From assembly GCA_050008655.1 (NCBI GenBank), contig JBEKMF010000002.1, positions 1 to 52,273 of the forward strand: a stretch of DNA of 52,273 nucleotides, given 5' to 3'. Below are positions 28,397 through 37,788 of this stretch, piece by piece. The first letter of the stretch is position 1. Each line of letters opens with the position of its first letter. Source of the DNA: Smithellaceae bacterium. GTDB lineage: Bacteria > Desulfobacterota > Syntrophia > Syntrophales > Smithellaceae. The notes beneath the pieces are model-generated. The model did no database searches. It was not told where the DNA came from and was given only the letters and a program-made list of their open reading frames with translations. The position numbers and the translations under genes are program-made.

Positions 28397-28708
28397 GCTA
28401 GTGTTTCTTTACTCAATATAAAATATTTGCAAAATTCCTGCAGGAGCTACGTTCGAAATAAAGTGAACTAATTCCAATATTAGAACCAATAACGAAAACT
28501 TGAGGATTAGACTTTTCAAACAACATTCTTTTTTCCTTTCACGCCTCTTTTTCACGATGCGTTAAGACTGCTCGTGCCCTTCAGGGTAGCTGTGAGCATC
28601 CCATAGGTATTCGGTGCTCTGGTAGAGGGGATAGCCTATTTATGGATAGTTAACCATCTACATGGGAAATAAAGTCGAAGCAAAATAATTGTCGGTAAAT
28701 TATTCAGC

Positions 28709-30919
28709 CTAAATTAAAACAATATAGTAACCTGTTAAAACTACATAAACAGTAGATAATAAAGAAATAGCAGAAAAACAGACGATTAGTAAACAGAAGA
28801 AATTGTGTAGGATTATTTGCCTATTATTCTGTGCCAAAGAACCCGGCTGTGCCGTGCTTTTTCGGGTGATTTTAGCCGTTTTCTTTTTTTGTGGCGTAAA
28901 GATAATATTTAAATATGTCCAAACAGAAGTGTTATAGAAAAAAAGGAAAAACAGCGGCGCGTAAGGAATGAAGTATCGTCCTTGAACATCCAGTATGTCA
29001 TTTTGTCCGACCGGTGTCCAGGTCAAATAAAGACCAGTTTCGATGAATATAACTCCTGCAATAAATATGGATGTAGTAATTAGTTTATTAGTCCATCTAA
29101 TTTTAATATCGTTATTGGAGAGCAGAAACGCTGTGATAATTAATATCAATAAATAGAAATTGATCAGCCACTTTGGCAAGGGCTTATTCAACCAACCCAG
29201 GATACCGATAAAACTATCCAGATGAAAAGTCCTCTGGGAAATAAAAACTGAATTAAACAGAATTCCCATATATTGAATAGGATTATTCAGGATAAAGCGT
29301 TTCTGTTCAATGGAATTTATGCCTTCAGGGATCGTGTTTCGATCAGATCGATGGAAATTCTCAATAGGAGCTGGTGCTGGAGTTGAAAGTGCATCTCGAG
29401 ATAACGTAAAATTCATAGTTGGCTTTGTCGAGTTAGCAGTTTTTGGTTGAAAAAGCGGCTTGAGGGCTTCGATTTGAGTTGCCATAATAACAGTAATTAC
29501 TAAACTCATAAAGATAACGGTGTATTTTTTTAAAGACCCTATTCTGTATACGGGAATTAAAAGAAACATTCCTATTAATATGGCATAAATAGATCTGGTG
29601 GTTGCCACCAAAAAAGAGGCAGCAAATAAAATGACCAAATCCTTTGTGCTGATTTTCTTGGTTTGATCATAGGCAAATTGAAGGAACAGGGCGATCAGCA
29701 AAAAGGAGAGGCTGATAATCATTGCATCTTTGGACAAAGAAGCGCATAAATATAAAGTCATGGGCATGAGCCCCAGCAAAAAGAAAATCCATTTGAAAAA
29801 AGGCGTGCTCCGGATCGCGAAAAAAATAATCACAATGGAAAATAACAGATTAAAAATCCTTCCCATATATAAAAGTATTACCGGTGAACAGTTAAACGTT
29901 TTTCCAATTAACATTCCTAATGCCTGGGGGAAGTAAGGGAAAATAAAACCACGAGCAAGTATTGCTGATCTGGCTTGGGGATTTAATTCTACCTCTCTCT
30001 GAGAAAGGATTTCATTAATATTTGTTTTTTCCAAGGGATTGAAATTCAATCTTCCAAAGGTATCAAACAATTTTATAAGCGAAGCAGGAACGGTAGAATC
30101 AAATTGAAAAATGTTGAATTCCGCAAGCTGATATGCCCTGCTCAGATGGTCGTGTTCATCAGGGATCTGAAGAGGTGGTGTGATAAATACCAATGACAAT
30201 CCGAAAACCAATGCCAAAACAACATAAATTCTCTCGGGAACAAAGATCAATCGAGCGACGAATGACTGGAATTTTTCTGCAAACACTATGAGCAAAGTCA
30301 GAATTGAGGCCAAAAAGAAGAGAAAAATTTTAAACCAATTTACAGAACTAAAATTAGATTCATATGTCCGCATACACAAACTGCCTTCTAAAAGGAAAGC
30401 TCGCCCAGAACTTTTTAAGGTTCCGATCACATCTTCATTGACAACTTGCCTCACCAAAAGTTTTCCTAATTTCCCTGTCGGTATCCTCGGTACCGCCAGA
30501 TGGTTATCTTTGTTGCCGGTTTCGGTGGATAAACAGAGGATTACTTTCTTTCCCTTTCCCACATGGATCTTTTCAGGAAATTTAAAGAGCTTATATTGGA
30601 GTCTATCCAAATTTTCGTTGGTGAAGCGCTGGACATAGAGGGTCTTATAATTGTCATCTAGTAACATAAGTGTATTTTCATTCCGGTATTGTACATCAGA
30701 AGAAACCACGGCCAACTCCACGGCTGTCAGATATCTCTTTGTCATCGTAAATTCATGAATAACCAAAAACTCTTTTGTCAAAGCTCCTAATTCAAAGTCT
30801 TCTTTTAATTCATCCTCCTGGGTCGGAAAAAATAAAACGGTCAGATTTGAAGAATAAATAATTACTCCGGAAAGAATCAAAAATATAAATCCGATGATTA
30901 GGTATTTACTTTTCTTCAC
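28709..30919 (-). CDS. Large polytopic membrane protein, DUF2142-like (putative GT-C-type glycosyltransferase)
   Basis: 736 aa. TM1 plus a ~190-aa extracytoplasmic domain, then PPLQIPDEHDHLSRAYQLAE (PDE..H..RA motif as recalled for DUF2142), followed by many TM segments. AT-rich. Confidence 0.6.
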   Translation of the reverse strand: MKKSKYLIIGFIFLILSGVIIYSSNLTVLFFPTQEDELKEDFELGALTKEFLVIHEFTMTKRYLTAVELAVVSSDVQYRNENTLMLLDDNYKTLYVQRFTNENLDRLQYKLFKFPEKIHVGKGKKVILCLSTETGNKDNHLAVPRIPTGKLGKLLVRQVVNEDVIGTLKSSGRAFLLEGSLCMRTYESNFSSVNWFKIFLFFLASILTLLIVFAEKFQSFVARLIFVPERIYVVLALVFGLSLVFITPPLQIPDEHDHLSRAYQLAEFNIFQFDSTVPASLIKLFDTFGRLNFNPLEKTNINEILSQREVELNPQARSAILARGFIFPYFPQALGMLIGKTFNCSPVILLYMGRIFNLLFSIVIIFFAIRSTPFFKWIFFLLGLMPMTLYLCASLSKDAMIISLSFLLIALFLQFAYDQTKKISTKDLVILFAASFLVATTRSIYAILIGMFLLIPVYRIGSLKKYTVIFMSLVITVIMATQIEALKPLFQPKTANSTKPTMNFTLSRDALSTPAPAPIENFHRSDRNTIPEGINSIEQKRFILNNPIQYMGILFNSVFISQRTFHLDSFIGILGWLNKPLPKWLINFYLLILIITAFLLSNNDIKIRWTNKLITTSIFIAGVIFIETGLYLTWTPVGQNDILDVQGRYFIPYAPLFFLFFYNTSVWTYLNIIFTPQKKKTAKITRKSTAQPGSLAQNNRQIILHNFFCLLIVCFSAISLLSTVYVVLTGYYIVLI

Positions 30920-30983
30920 GGTATGCTATTACTCTTTTCCATGTTATCTTTTAAAATTTAAAAACTTAAATGCTATAAAGAAA

Positions 30984-32060
30984 TCAAAGTTTATCAAATA
31001 CAAAATTATTTAACATTATTTCTACGGCATCTTGAACTTTGGCAACGGATAAATTGTCGAGGCAATCACTTCGGCCACTGCCGCTGCAACCCTTTTTATG
31101 ACAGGGTGAACAATCCATGTCCGGTATAACGACCTTGTTTTTTTCTCCCGGCGGCGCCCATTCACGCCAGTCGGACGGGCCATAAATAGTCAAAGTCGGG
31201 GTACCCACAGCCGCCGCTATTTGCGGGGCCGCGCTGTCAACGCCGATATGCAGGCGGCTCATTTGCAGGAGAGCCGCGAGCTCCCTGAGGGTGGATTTGC
31301 CGGCCATATTATAAACGGGAAAGTTCATTGCAGATGAAAACGCATCAGCCTTTTTTCTTTCTTCTTCGGAGCCTGTGATTAGAGACGGGATTTTATATTT
31401 TCCCCAAACGAAGGATATAAGATGTTTCCACTTATTAATGTCCCATTCCTTATAAGGCCAGCGCGAAAAAGGGTTGATCGTTATAAATCTTCGGCTGGTG
31501 TCTATTTTTTCTGCGGAAAGTATTTCTAAAACGTTATCTCTAATTGTTTGTGAAACAAATATTTTGGGGATAGCGTTTTTTTCTTTTATTCCGAATCCCC
31601 GGAGAATTTTTAGCGATTGTTCCGCCGCGCCGTAAACCCTTTCCTTTTGCCGCAGCGGATCAACTAGGTGCGTAAACACTCTATTGCGCCATTTCCATCC
31701 CGGATAGTAAAGAGCCGCCCTTATTTTGGATCGGGCCAAAAAAGTTATAATTGTTCCACGGTCATCGGCACGAAAATCAAAAGTCAAATCGAATTTTTCT
31801 CTGCGCAATTTTATTAATAACCAAAGGTTCGTTAACATACCCTCTTTGCCAGTTTGAAACACCTTGTCGATATGATGATCATCCAAAAGAAGATCACCGT
31901 ATGGTTTTCTGGTTAAGACTGTTAGTGCGGCATGCGGATAAATGGTTTTAACTGCTTGGAACGCGGGAATTGCCCATACAACATCACCTATATCGCCTAA
32001 TTGGATAATCAATATCTTTTTTATTGGAATATTTATTTTATGCTGAGCGGAAATTAACAT
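30984..32060 (-). CDS. Family 9 glycosyltransferase (heptosyltransferase-like)
   Basis: 358 aa. ILIIQLGDIGDVVWAIPAFQAVK, GVDSAAPQIAAAVG, CSPCHKKGCSGSGRSDCLDNL. Confidence 0.8.
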   Translation of the reverse strand: MLISAQHKINIPIKKILIIQLGDIGDVVWAIPAFQAVKTIYPHAALTVLTRKPYGDLLLDDHHIDKVFQTGKEGMLTNLWLLIKLRREKFDLTFDFRADDRGTIITFLARSKIRAALYYPGWKWRNRVFTHLVDPLRQKERVYGAAEQSLKILRGFGIKEKNAIPKIFVSQTIRDNVLEILSAEKIDTSRRFITINPFSRWPYKEWDINKWKHLISFVWGKYKIPSLITGSEEERKKADAFSSAMNFPVYNMAGKSTLRELAALLQMSRLHIGVDSAAPQIAAAVGTPTLTIYGPSDWREWAPPGEKNKVVIPDMDCSPCHKKGCSGSGRSDCLDNLSVAKVQDAVEIMLNNFVFDKL

Positions 32061-32113
32061 TTTTGATTAGTTAAAATTAATTTTGGATTGAAAATAAAAC
32101 ATTAAATTGTTTT

Positions 32114-34030
32114 TTATAGAACAGCTTCGTTTTCCTGCGGCGTATATTCGGGAACTATTTCTTTGAGTGTTTTCTTAATGGCACGGGCATCATGGCGGAG
32201 AGCGTCTTCCATCAGTTCATCAATTTTATTTCCCAGTATTTTTCGCGACTCCTGCAAAATATTTCCTTCACCGGGTTGATAATTTGATCGCAGTACCATT
32301 ATCTTTTCGTGCCCGGTAGGAAGAATATCTTCACCTACGGTAATAAGTTCCTCATATAATTTTTCCCCATCTCGTAAACCGGTAAAAATAATTTTTATAT
32401 CCACATCCGGTTCTTTCCCGGAAAGGCGGATTAAGTCGCGTGCCATATCAGCTATCTTGACCGGTGTTCCCATTCTTAAAATGAAGACTTCTCCGCCTTC
32501 ACCCATAGCACCGGCCTGTAAAATCATCTGTGCGGCTTCTGGAATGGTCATGAAATAGCGGTTTATTTCCGGATGAGTAACGGTCACGGGGCCTCCCTGT
32601 TCAATTTGCCGACGGAAAATCGGAATTACCGAACCGGACGAACCGACAACATTGCCAAACCTGACGGCCATTAAGCGCGTATCATTGCCTTGCACGGATT
32701 GCATGATCAATTCGGTAACCCGTTTGCTTGCCCCCATGACATTTGTGGGACGCACTGCTTTGTCGGTGGATACCAGAACAAAGCGCTCGACATGATGTTT
32801 AATTGAAATATCCATGGTAACACGGCTGCCGATGATGTTATTGAAAACCGCTTCCCAGGGATTCTTTTCCTGCATAGGCACATGTTTATAAGCGGCAGCG
32901 TGAAAAACAACCTGAAGTTTATATTTTTTAAAAATATCATTCATTAAATTTTTATCTTGCACATGCCCCAGTATTGCCTCGCATTTATGGAAATCTCTTT
33001 CATTTTGCAGTTCCATTTGAATATTGAAGAGATTCATTTCGCTAGCATCAAGCAAGATAAGGCAGCTGGGCCGATATTTTATCACCTGCCGGCACAACTC
33101 GGAACCAATCGAACCACCGCAACCGGTAATCAAAACACTCTTGCCGTCCAGATAGCCGCGAATACCCGTAGTATCTAATTGTACAGGCGGCCTTCCCAAC
33201 AGGTCTTCATAGCTTATATCGCGAAGTATTTTAATGCTTACCCGGCCGTCAATAAGTTCGCCTATTCCCGGCAATATTTTATAAGAAACATTACAATCCT
33301 TACAGGTTTCCACTATATTCCTGATCTGGTCTCCCTTTGCCGAAGGAATGGCAATAAGTATTTCCGTCACCCCTTCCTTCTCCAGAACAGATGTAATTAT
33401 TCCCAGATTTCCCAGCACGTGTACGCCATGGATCGACCTGCCCTTTTTTTGGGGATCTTCGTCAATGAAACCGATTACTTTATAATGCAATTGATTGTTT
33501 TCAAAAATTTCCCGCAAGATTTTTTCACCGGCAGCGCCAGCTCCGATAATCAGTACTTTCTTATAAGTAACTTTTGGGAAAAGTTCTTCTCTGATTCTTG
33601 GATTGGCATAACGGGCAAAGTAAGAACGAATAGCCATGAGTTTGCCGCCAATCAATAGAAAAGTCAAAGCACCGTCTACAATAAAAATGGCGCGGGAATA
33701 TCCTTTAAAACCACTCATATATAAAATTACAGCGAGGATTAATAAAGTGGATAATAAACATGCCCGCGCTAAAAGCCAGAAATCCCTGATACTGGTATAG
33801 CGCCACATTCCCCGATAAATGCCGGAAGATAAAAAAACAATAATCTTCAAAGGAACAATCCAGAGGAGAACTGTTTTTATTTGCTGAATGTAAATTGGGC
33901 TAAGTGAAAATTCAAAACGAAATAGGTAAGAGATAACAATAGATAACGCAAATATTAATACATCGCTGAAAATCATCAAATATATTTTGGGGTTTTTTAT
34001 TTGGAAATACATACTCATGTTAGTGAACAA
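32114..34030 (-). CDS. Membrane-anchored NDP-sugar (UDP-HexNAc) 4,6-dehydratase, CapD/PglF/WbpM family
   Basis: 638 aa. Four N-terminal TM segments, two Rossmann-like regions (IIGAGAAGEKI; ITGCGGSIGSEL), catalytic AAYKHVP. Confidence 0.9.
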   Translation of the reverse strand: MFTNMSMYFQIKNPKIYLMIFSDVLIFALSIVISYLFRFEFSLSPIYIQQIKTVLLWIVPLKIIVFLSSGIYRGMWRYTSIRDFWLLARACLLSTLLILAVILYMSGFKGYSRAIFIVDGALTFLLIGGKLMAIRSYFARYANPRIREELFPKVTYKKVLIIGAGAAGEKILREIFENNQLHYKVIGFIDEDPQKKGRSIHGVHVLGNLGIITSVLEKEGVTEILIAIPSAKGDQIRNIVETCKDCNVSYKILPGIGELIDGRVSIKILRDISYEDLLGRPPVQLDTTGIRGYLDGKSVLITGCGGSIGSELCRQVIKYRPSCLILLDASEMNLFNIQMELQNERDFHKCEAILGHVQDKNLMNDIFKKYKLQVVFHAAAYKHVPMQEKNPWEAVFNNIIGSRVTMDISIKHHVERFVLVSTDKAVRPTNVMGASKRVTELIMQSVQGNDTRLMAVRFGNVVGSSGSVIPIFRRQIEQGGPVTVTHPEINRYFMTIPEAAQMILQAGAMGEGGEVFILRMGTPVKIADMARDLIRLSGKEPDVDIKIIFTGLRDGEKLYEELITVGEDILPTGHEKIMVLRSNYQPGEGNILQESRKILGNKIDELMEDALRHDARAIKKTLKEIVPEYTPQENEAVL

Positions 34031-34172
34031 CGCCTTCCTTTGCGTTAACCATATCCATCATATTAGTTACGGATAGTGTCTGATAAACAAGAAACATCAT
34101 GACGGTATCACCCAGTTCTTCGGCAACCTGCAGTCTTTTTTCAGGCCGCGTGCCGATAGCGCCAAAAAAGTT

Positions 34173-35210
34173 TCAGATGACAAGTTTGTTCATCGTTGAT
34201 GGATGAACCAGAGTGTCAACTTTCCTCTGTTTCATGCATTGTTTTATTGCCTGCTCAATATTCGCATGTGTTTTATAATATTCTTTTTCTAAAACCGAAC
34301 TGGCAGGCGCAGGACAGTCAGGAAGCGTTACTCTTTGTATAGGTGCTTTCAGATATTCAAAGGCCTGTTCTGAAACGATGGCTGATATTTCCGCCGCCAG
34401 GCCACATGTTTTCCAGCCGACATCAGCAACAGCTAAACGTCCCGTTTTCTTAACTGAAGCCAATATCAGACCGCAATCAATGGGCTTTGCCGTCCGAAGA
34501 TCAATACACTCCACATCAATGCCTTCTTTTGCCAAATTACCAGCCGCTTTTAATGTCTCGCGCACCATTAATGAAATTGCGACAACTGTTACATCGGCAC
34601 CTTTTTTTCGAATAATACCCTTACCGATTTCCACTTCATAAACATCTTCCGGAACAATATCTTCATCATTATATAAAAAGCGATCATCGATATAAACTAC
34701 GGGATTTGGATCGCGAATTGCTGCAATCATTAGCCCCTTGGCATCATAAGGCGTGGCCGGCATCACCACCTTTAATCCCGGAACATGTGCAAACATGGCA
34801 TGTAAAGCTTGGGCGTGCTGCGCCGCCTGCTCGCCACCGCGATTGATAATACCCCAAATAACCACCGGCACAGATAATTTGCCGCCGTTCATATAGTACC
34901 AGTTAGCCGCCTGATTGATGATCGGATCAAAAGCATAAAGCATAAAATCCATGCGTGGATGAACAATAATCGGCTTCATACCCGCAAGAGCTGCTCCGAC
35001 AGCCGCACCAGTCATCGCATTTTCAGAAACGGGCGTATCAATAACTCGTAATTTCCCGAACCTGTCTAACAAGCCCTGCGCGGTATTGCCGACATACCAT
35101 GGGCTTTTCGTCCCTTGCCCCATTAGAAAAACTGAAGCGTCGGCGGCCATCATTTGATGAAACGCCTCGTTAATCGCCAGACTGTAGCGAAGTTTTCTAG
35201 CGGAAGACAT
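34173..35210 (-). CDS. TPP-dependent 2-oxoacid dehydrogenase/transketolase-like E1 component, beta subunit
   Basis: Start taken at ATG 35210 (MSSARKLRYSLAINEAFHQMM), a 14-nt overlap with the alpha subunit; the track ORF begins at 35273. Typical E1-beta features: VIDTPVSENAMTGAAVGAALAGMKPI, and IDLRTAKPID in the C-terminal domain. Confidence 0.85.
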   Translation of the reverse strand: MSSARKLRYSLAINEAFHQMMAADASVFLMGQGTKSPWYVGNTAQGLLDRFGKLRVIDTPVSENAMTGAAVGAALAGMKPIIVHPRMDFMLYAFDPIINQAANWYYMNGGKLSVPVVIWGIINRGGEQAAQHAQALHAMFAHVPGLKVVMPATPYDAKGLMIAAIRDPNPVVYIDDRFLYNDEDIVPEDVYEVEIGKGIIRKKGADVTVVAISLMVRETLKAAGNLAKEGIDVECIDLRTAKPIDCGLILASVKKTGRLAVADVGWKTCGLAAEISAIVSEQAFEYLKAPIQRVTLPDCPAPASSVLEKEYYKTHANIEQAIKQCMKQRKVDTLVHPSTMNKLVI

Positions 35211-36201
35211 TATTGAGCAAATCCTTTCGATCCGGGTATGGACTACTTTTGGCAAAAACATGCGCGGCAGCAACTTCGGTATCCACGTCCATTCTTATTT
35301 TGCGCAAAGTTTCCGCATCAAAATCGTAATGATTGAGCAGGCATTTTTCATAAGTTTTAACCGGATCCTTTTCACGCCATCTCTCAACTTCTTCGGGAGG
35401 ACGAATGTCGGTGCGCAGACCTTGAACGTTATCGTCCGGCCCCACGTGCCCCCGTAATCGATAGGTCAGGCATTCCAGAAAAAAAGGGCCGTCGCCCCGC
35501 CTGCATTTTTCGATAGCCTCTCTACCTGCCTCATAGACCGCCAGAACATCATTGCCATCTACCTCAGCATTCTTGATGCAGAAGGGATCCGCAATCGTAC
35601 GGATATTATTTTGCACACGACAATCACGTATTGGCATATGAGTGGCGTAAAAATTATTTTCGCAAATAAAAATGATGGGAAGTTTCATCAGTGCCGCAAA
35701 ATTTAAGGACTCGTAAAGCACACCTTCACCTGCCGCACCATCGCCGAAAAAGACAACTGTTACACGATCATCTTTTCTGATGGCACTTGCCAATGCGGTG
35801 CCAAGACCCAGCGAAATTGTGCCAGAAACAATTGGCGCTGAGCCCAACATACCATGTTCAGGATCAATGAGATGCATTGACCCACCTCTACCATGGGAGC
35901 ATCCAGATTCGCGGCCATAAATTTCCGCAATCATCGCGCGCATAGAACCGCCTTTGGCTAAAAAATGACCATGTGCGCGATGATTACTGAAGATGTAATC
36001 CCTTACGTTCAGTGAAGCGCCAATGCCCGCAGCTATCGCCTCTTCACCGGAATAAAGATGACATGGACAGAGAATCTCACGATTTAAGATCGGTTCAACC
36101 AAGCTTTCTTCACAAACTCTCATGCGCAGCATGCTTCTGTATAATGCTTCTAATAAATGATTTTGATAATTCACTAGTTTAACCTGGCCACTATTTTTCA
36201 T
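35197..36201 (-). CDS. TPP-dependent E1 component, alpha subunit
   Basis: TPP-binding motif GDGAAGEGVLYESLNFAALMKLPIIFICENNFYA (GDG...NN). The track start at 36225 is a TTG; the ATG at 36201 (MKNSGQVKLV) is an alternative. Overlaps the AKR stop. Confidence 0.85.
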   Translation of the reverse strand: MKNSGQVKLVNYQNHLLEALYRSMLRMRVCEESLVEPILNREILCPCHLYSGEEAIAAGIGASLNVRDYIFSNHRAHGHFLAKGGSMRAMIAEIYGRESGCSHGRGGSMHLIDPEHGMLGSAPIVSGTISLGLGTALASAIRKDDRVTVVFFGDGAAGEGVLYESLNFAALMKLPIIFICENNFYATHMPIRDCRVQNNIRTIADPFCIKNAEVDGNDVLAVYEAGREAIEKCRRGDGPFFLECLTYRLRGHVGPDDNVQGLRTDIRPPEEVERWREKDPVKTYEKCLLNHYDFDAETLRKIRMDVDTEVAAAHVFAKSSPYPDRKDLLNNVFR

Positions 36202-37135
36202 TGATACAAGAATCGATAATTTCAAGTTCTTCGTCTGTCAAACGCCAACCATTTGCACCTAAATTTTCCATTACCTGCATATCTGTTTTCGCGCCAAAAA
36301 GGGTACATGTAATATCAGAATAATCCAGCACCCATCTCAGCGCAAGTTGACTTACTTGATGACCCCTGTTTGCAGCCATCTGCTCAAGAAATTTTACGCG
36401 CTTGATATACTTCAAAAAAATGTCCCCCGTAAATGCTTGCATCCTGCTTCGGTGATCATCATCTGCAAACTTTGTATTTGGGGTAAATTTGCCGGTTAAT
36501 AATCCATCAGCAAGTGCGCCCCAAGCAACTAAGTTAATACTATTATTCCCACAAATCGTCAATAATTCGTTAATTGAATCCCGATCAAAAATGTTTAACC
36601 GCACCTGAATTGCTGCTACCTCTGCGACCTGCATTGCCTGTAACAATTGATCAGCAGAAAAATTTGCAACGCCTATTACCCCTATTTTACCTTCTTCACG
36701 CATACGATCAAGTGCGGCAATGCTATCCTGTATGGGCGTTATATTGTCTGGCTTATGTATATAGTAGAGAGGAATACAATCCAACTTCAAACGCCTTAAA
36801 CTGTTTTCTACAGCCAGCTTGAGATAGGAAGGTGATGTATCTGCCCAAACCTTGCCTACTTCATTCCACCTCACGCCGCCTTTGCTGGCAATGACAACTT
36901 TTTTACGAGACGCATTCAATGTATCAGCAAGCAATGCTTCAGATTTGCCTAGCCCATAAACATCTGCAGTATCATAAAATGTAATGCCATTATCTAGCGC
37001 ACACCTGATAGCGTGAATAGAATCAGCATCGTTAACTTTACCCCAGCCATGACCGCCTATTGCCCAGCAGCCCATACCTAGACGACTGATTTCATATCCA
37101 GTTTGCCCCAGATGTATTGTCTCCAAGGCACTCAT
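36191..37135 (-). CDS. Aldo/keto reductase family oxidoreductase
   Basis: Start at ATG 37135 (MSALETIHLGQTGYEISRLGMGCWAIGG) gives an ATGA overlap with the upstream gene. AKR features: DTADVYG, and Lys in VIASKGG. Confidence 0.85.
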   Translation of the reverse strand: MSALETIHLGQTGYEISRLGMGCWAIGGHGWGKVNDADSIHAIRCALDNGITFYDTADVYGLGKSEALLADTLNASRKKVVIASKGGVRWNEVGKVWADTSPSYLKLAVENSLRRLKLDCIPLYYIHKPDNITPIQDSIAALDRMREEGKIGVIGVANFSADQLLQAMQVAEVAAIQVRLNIFDRDSINELLTICGNNSINLVAWGALADGLLTGKFTPNTKFADDDHRSRMQAFTGDIFLKYIKRVKFLEQMAANRGHQVSQLALRWVLDYSDITCTLFGAKTDMQVMENLGANGWRLTDEELEIIDSCINEK

Positions 37136-37788
37136 CGAATCGCGGTCCTCTTCACAACCCGGCAAAGGGTCATCCAGAGAATGTTGAAATCAGATCCAAG
37201 CGACCATTCCTTCACATATTTGACTCTTAATTCAGTCTTGCGGGGCATGATTTTTTCACGAAAATACCTGTCGGGATCTATGTTGCCTACAAGGTCGTCA
37301 AGATTGGCAAACTCAATAGATGCATAATCAGTTATTCCGGGGCGCATGGAAAGAATAATTTTTTCTTCATTCTTATAAGTAGCTATATATTCCAGTACCT
37401 CCGGACGTGGGCCAACGAGACTCATGTCGCCCACTAATACATTCAAGAGCTGAGGAAGTTCATCGAGTTTGGTCCGACGAAGTAAAACGCCAATACGCGT
37501 CACACGATTGTCGTTAGTGCCGGTAGTTGGCCCACCGAGAGATTCGGCATCCTCAACCATTGTTCTGAATTTGAAGATCCGAAAAGGTTTTCCGAATAAC
37601 CCCGCGCGCACACCGCGGTAGAAAACCTTTCCTGGTGATGTTAATTTTACGACTACTGCAATCAAGATAAGTAAGGGTGCTAGGACGAATAGACCGGTCA
37701 TTGCACCGACTACATCCACCGCTCGCTTCAACAATATATGGATCCACCTGCAGGGGAAAGCGATCGGTGTTTCAGGCGATGTTTCCAT
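37132..37788 (-). CDS. Small monotopic polyprenyl-phosphate phosphoglycosyl transferase (PglC/WbaP C-terminal-domain family; pathway initiator)
   Basis: 218 aa. KRAVDVVGAMTGLFVLAPLLILIAVVVKLTSPG, FRIFKFRTM, DELPQLLNVLVGDMSLVGPRP. TAATG overlap with the upstream methyltransferase. Confidence 0.9.
   Translation of the reverse strand: METSPETPIAFPCRWIHILLKRAVDVVGAMTGLFVLAPLLILIAVVVKLTSPGKVFYRGVRAGLFGKPFRIFKFRTMVEDAESLGGPTTGTNDNRVTRIGVLLRRTKLDELPQLLNVLVGDMSLVGPRPEVLEYIATYKNEEKIILSMRPGITDYASIEFANLDDLVGNIDPDRYFREKIMPRKTELRVKYVKEWSLGSDFNILWMTLCRVVKRTAIR

Noticed and set aside
34173-34175. Possible programmed TGA read-through of E1 beta into the open downstream frame.
   Set aside because: E1 beta is already full length at the stop. 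The open frame is short enough to be chance or a gene remnant, and I saw no SECIS-like or read-through context.
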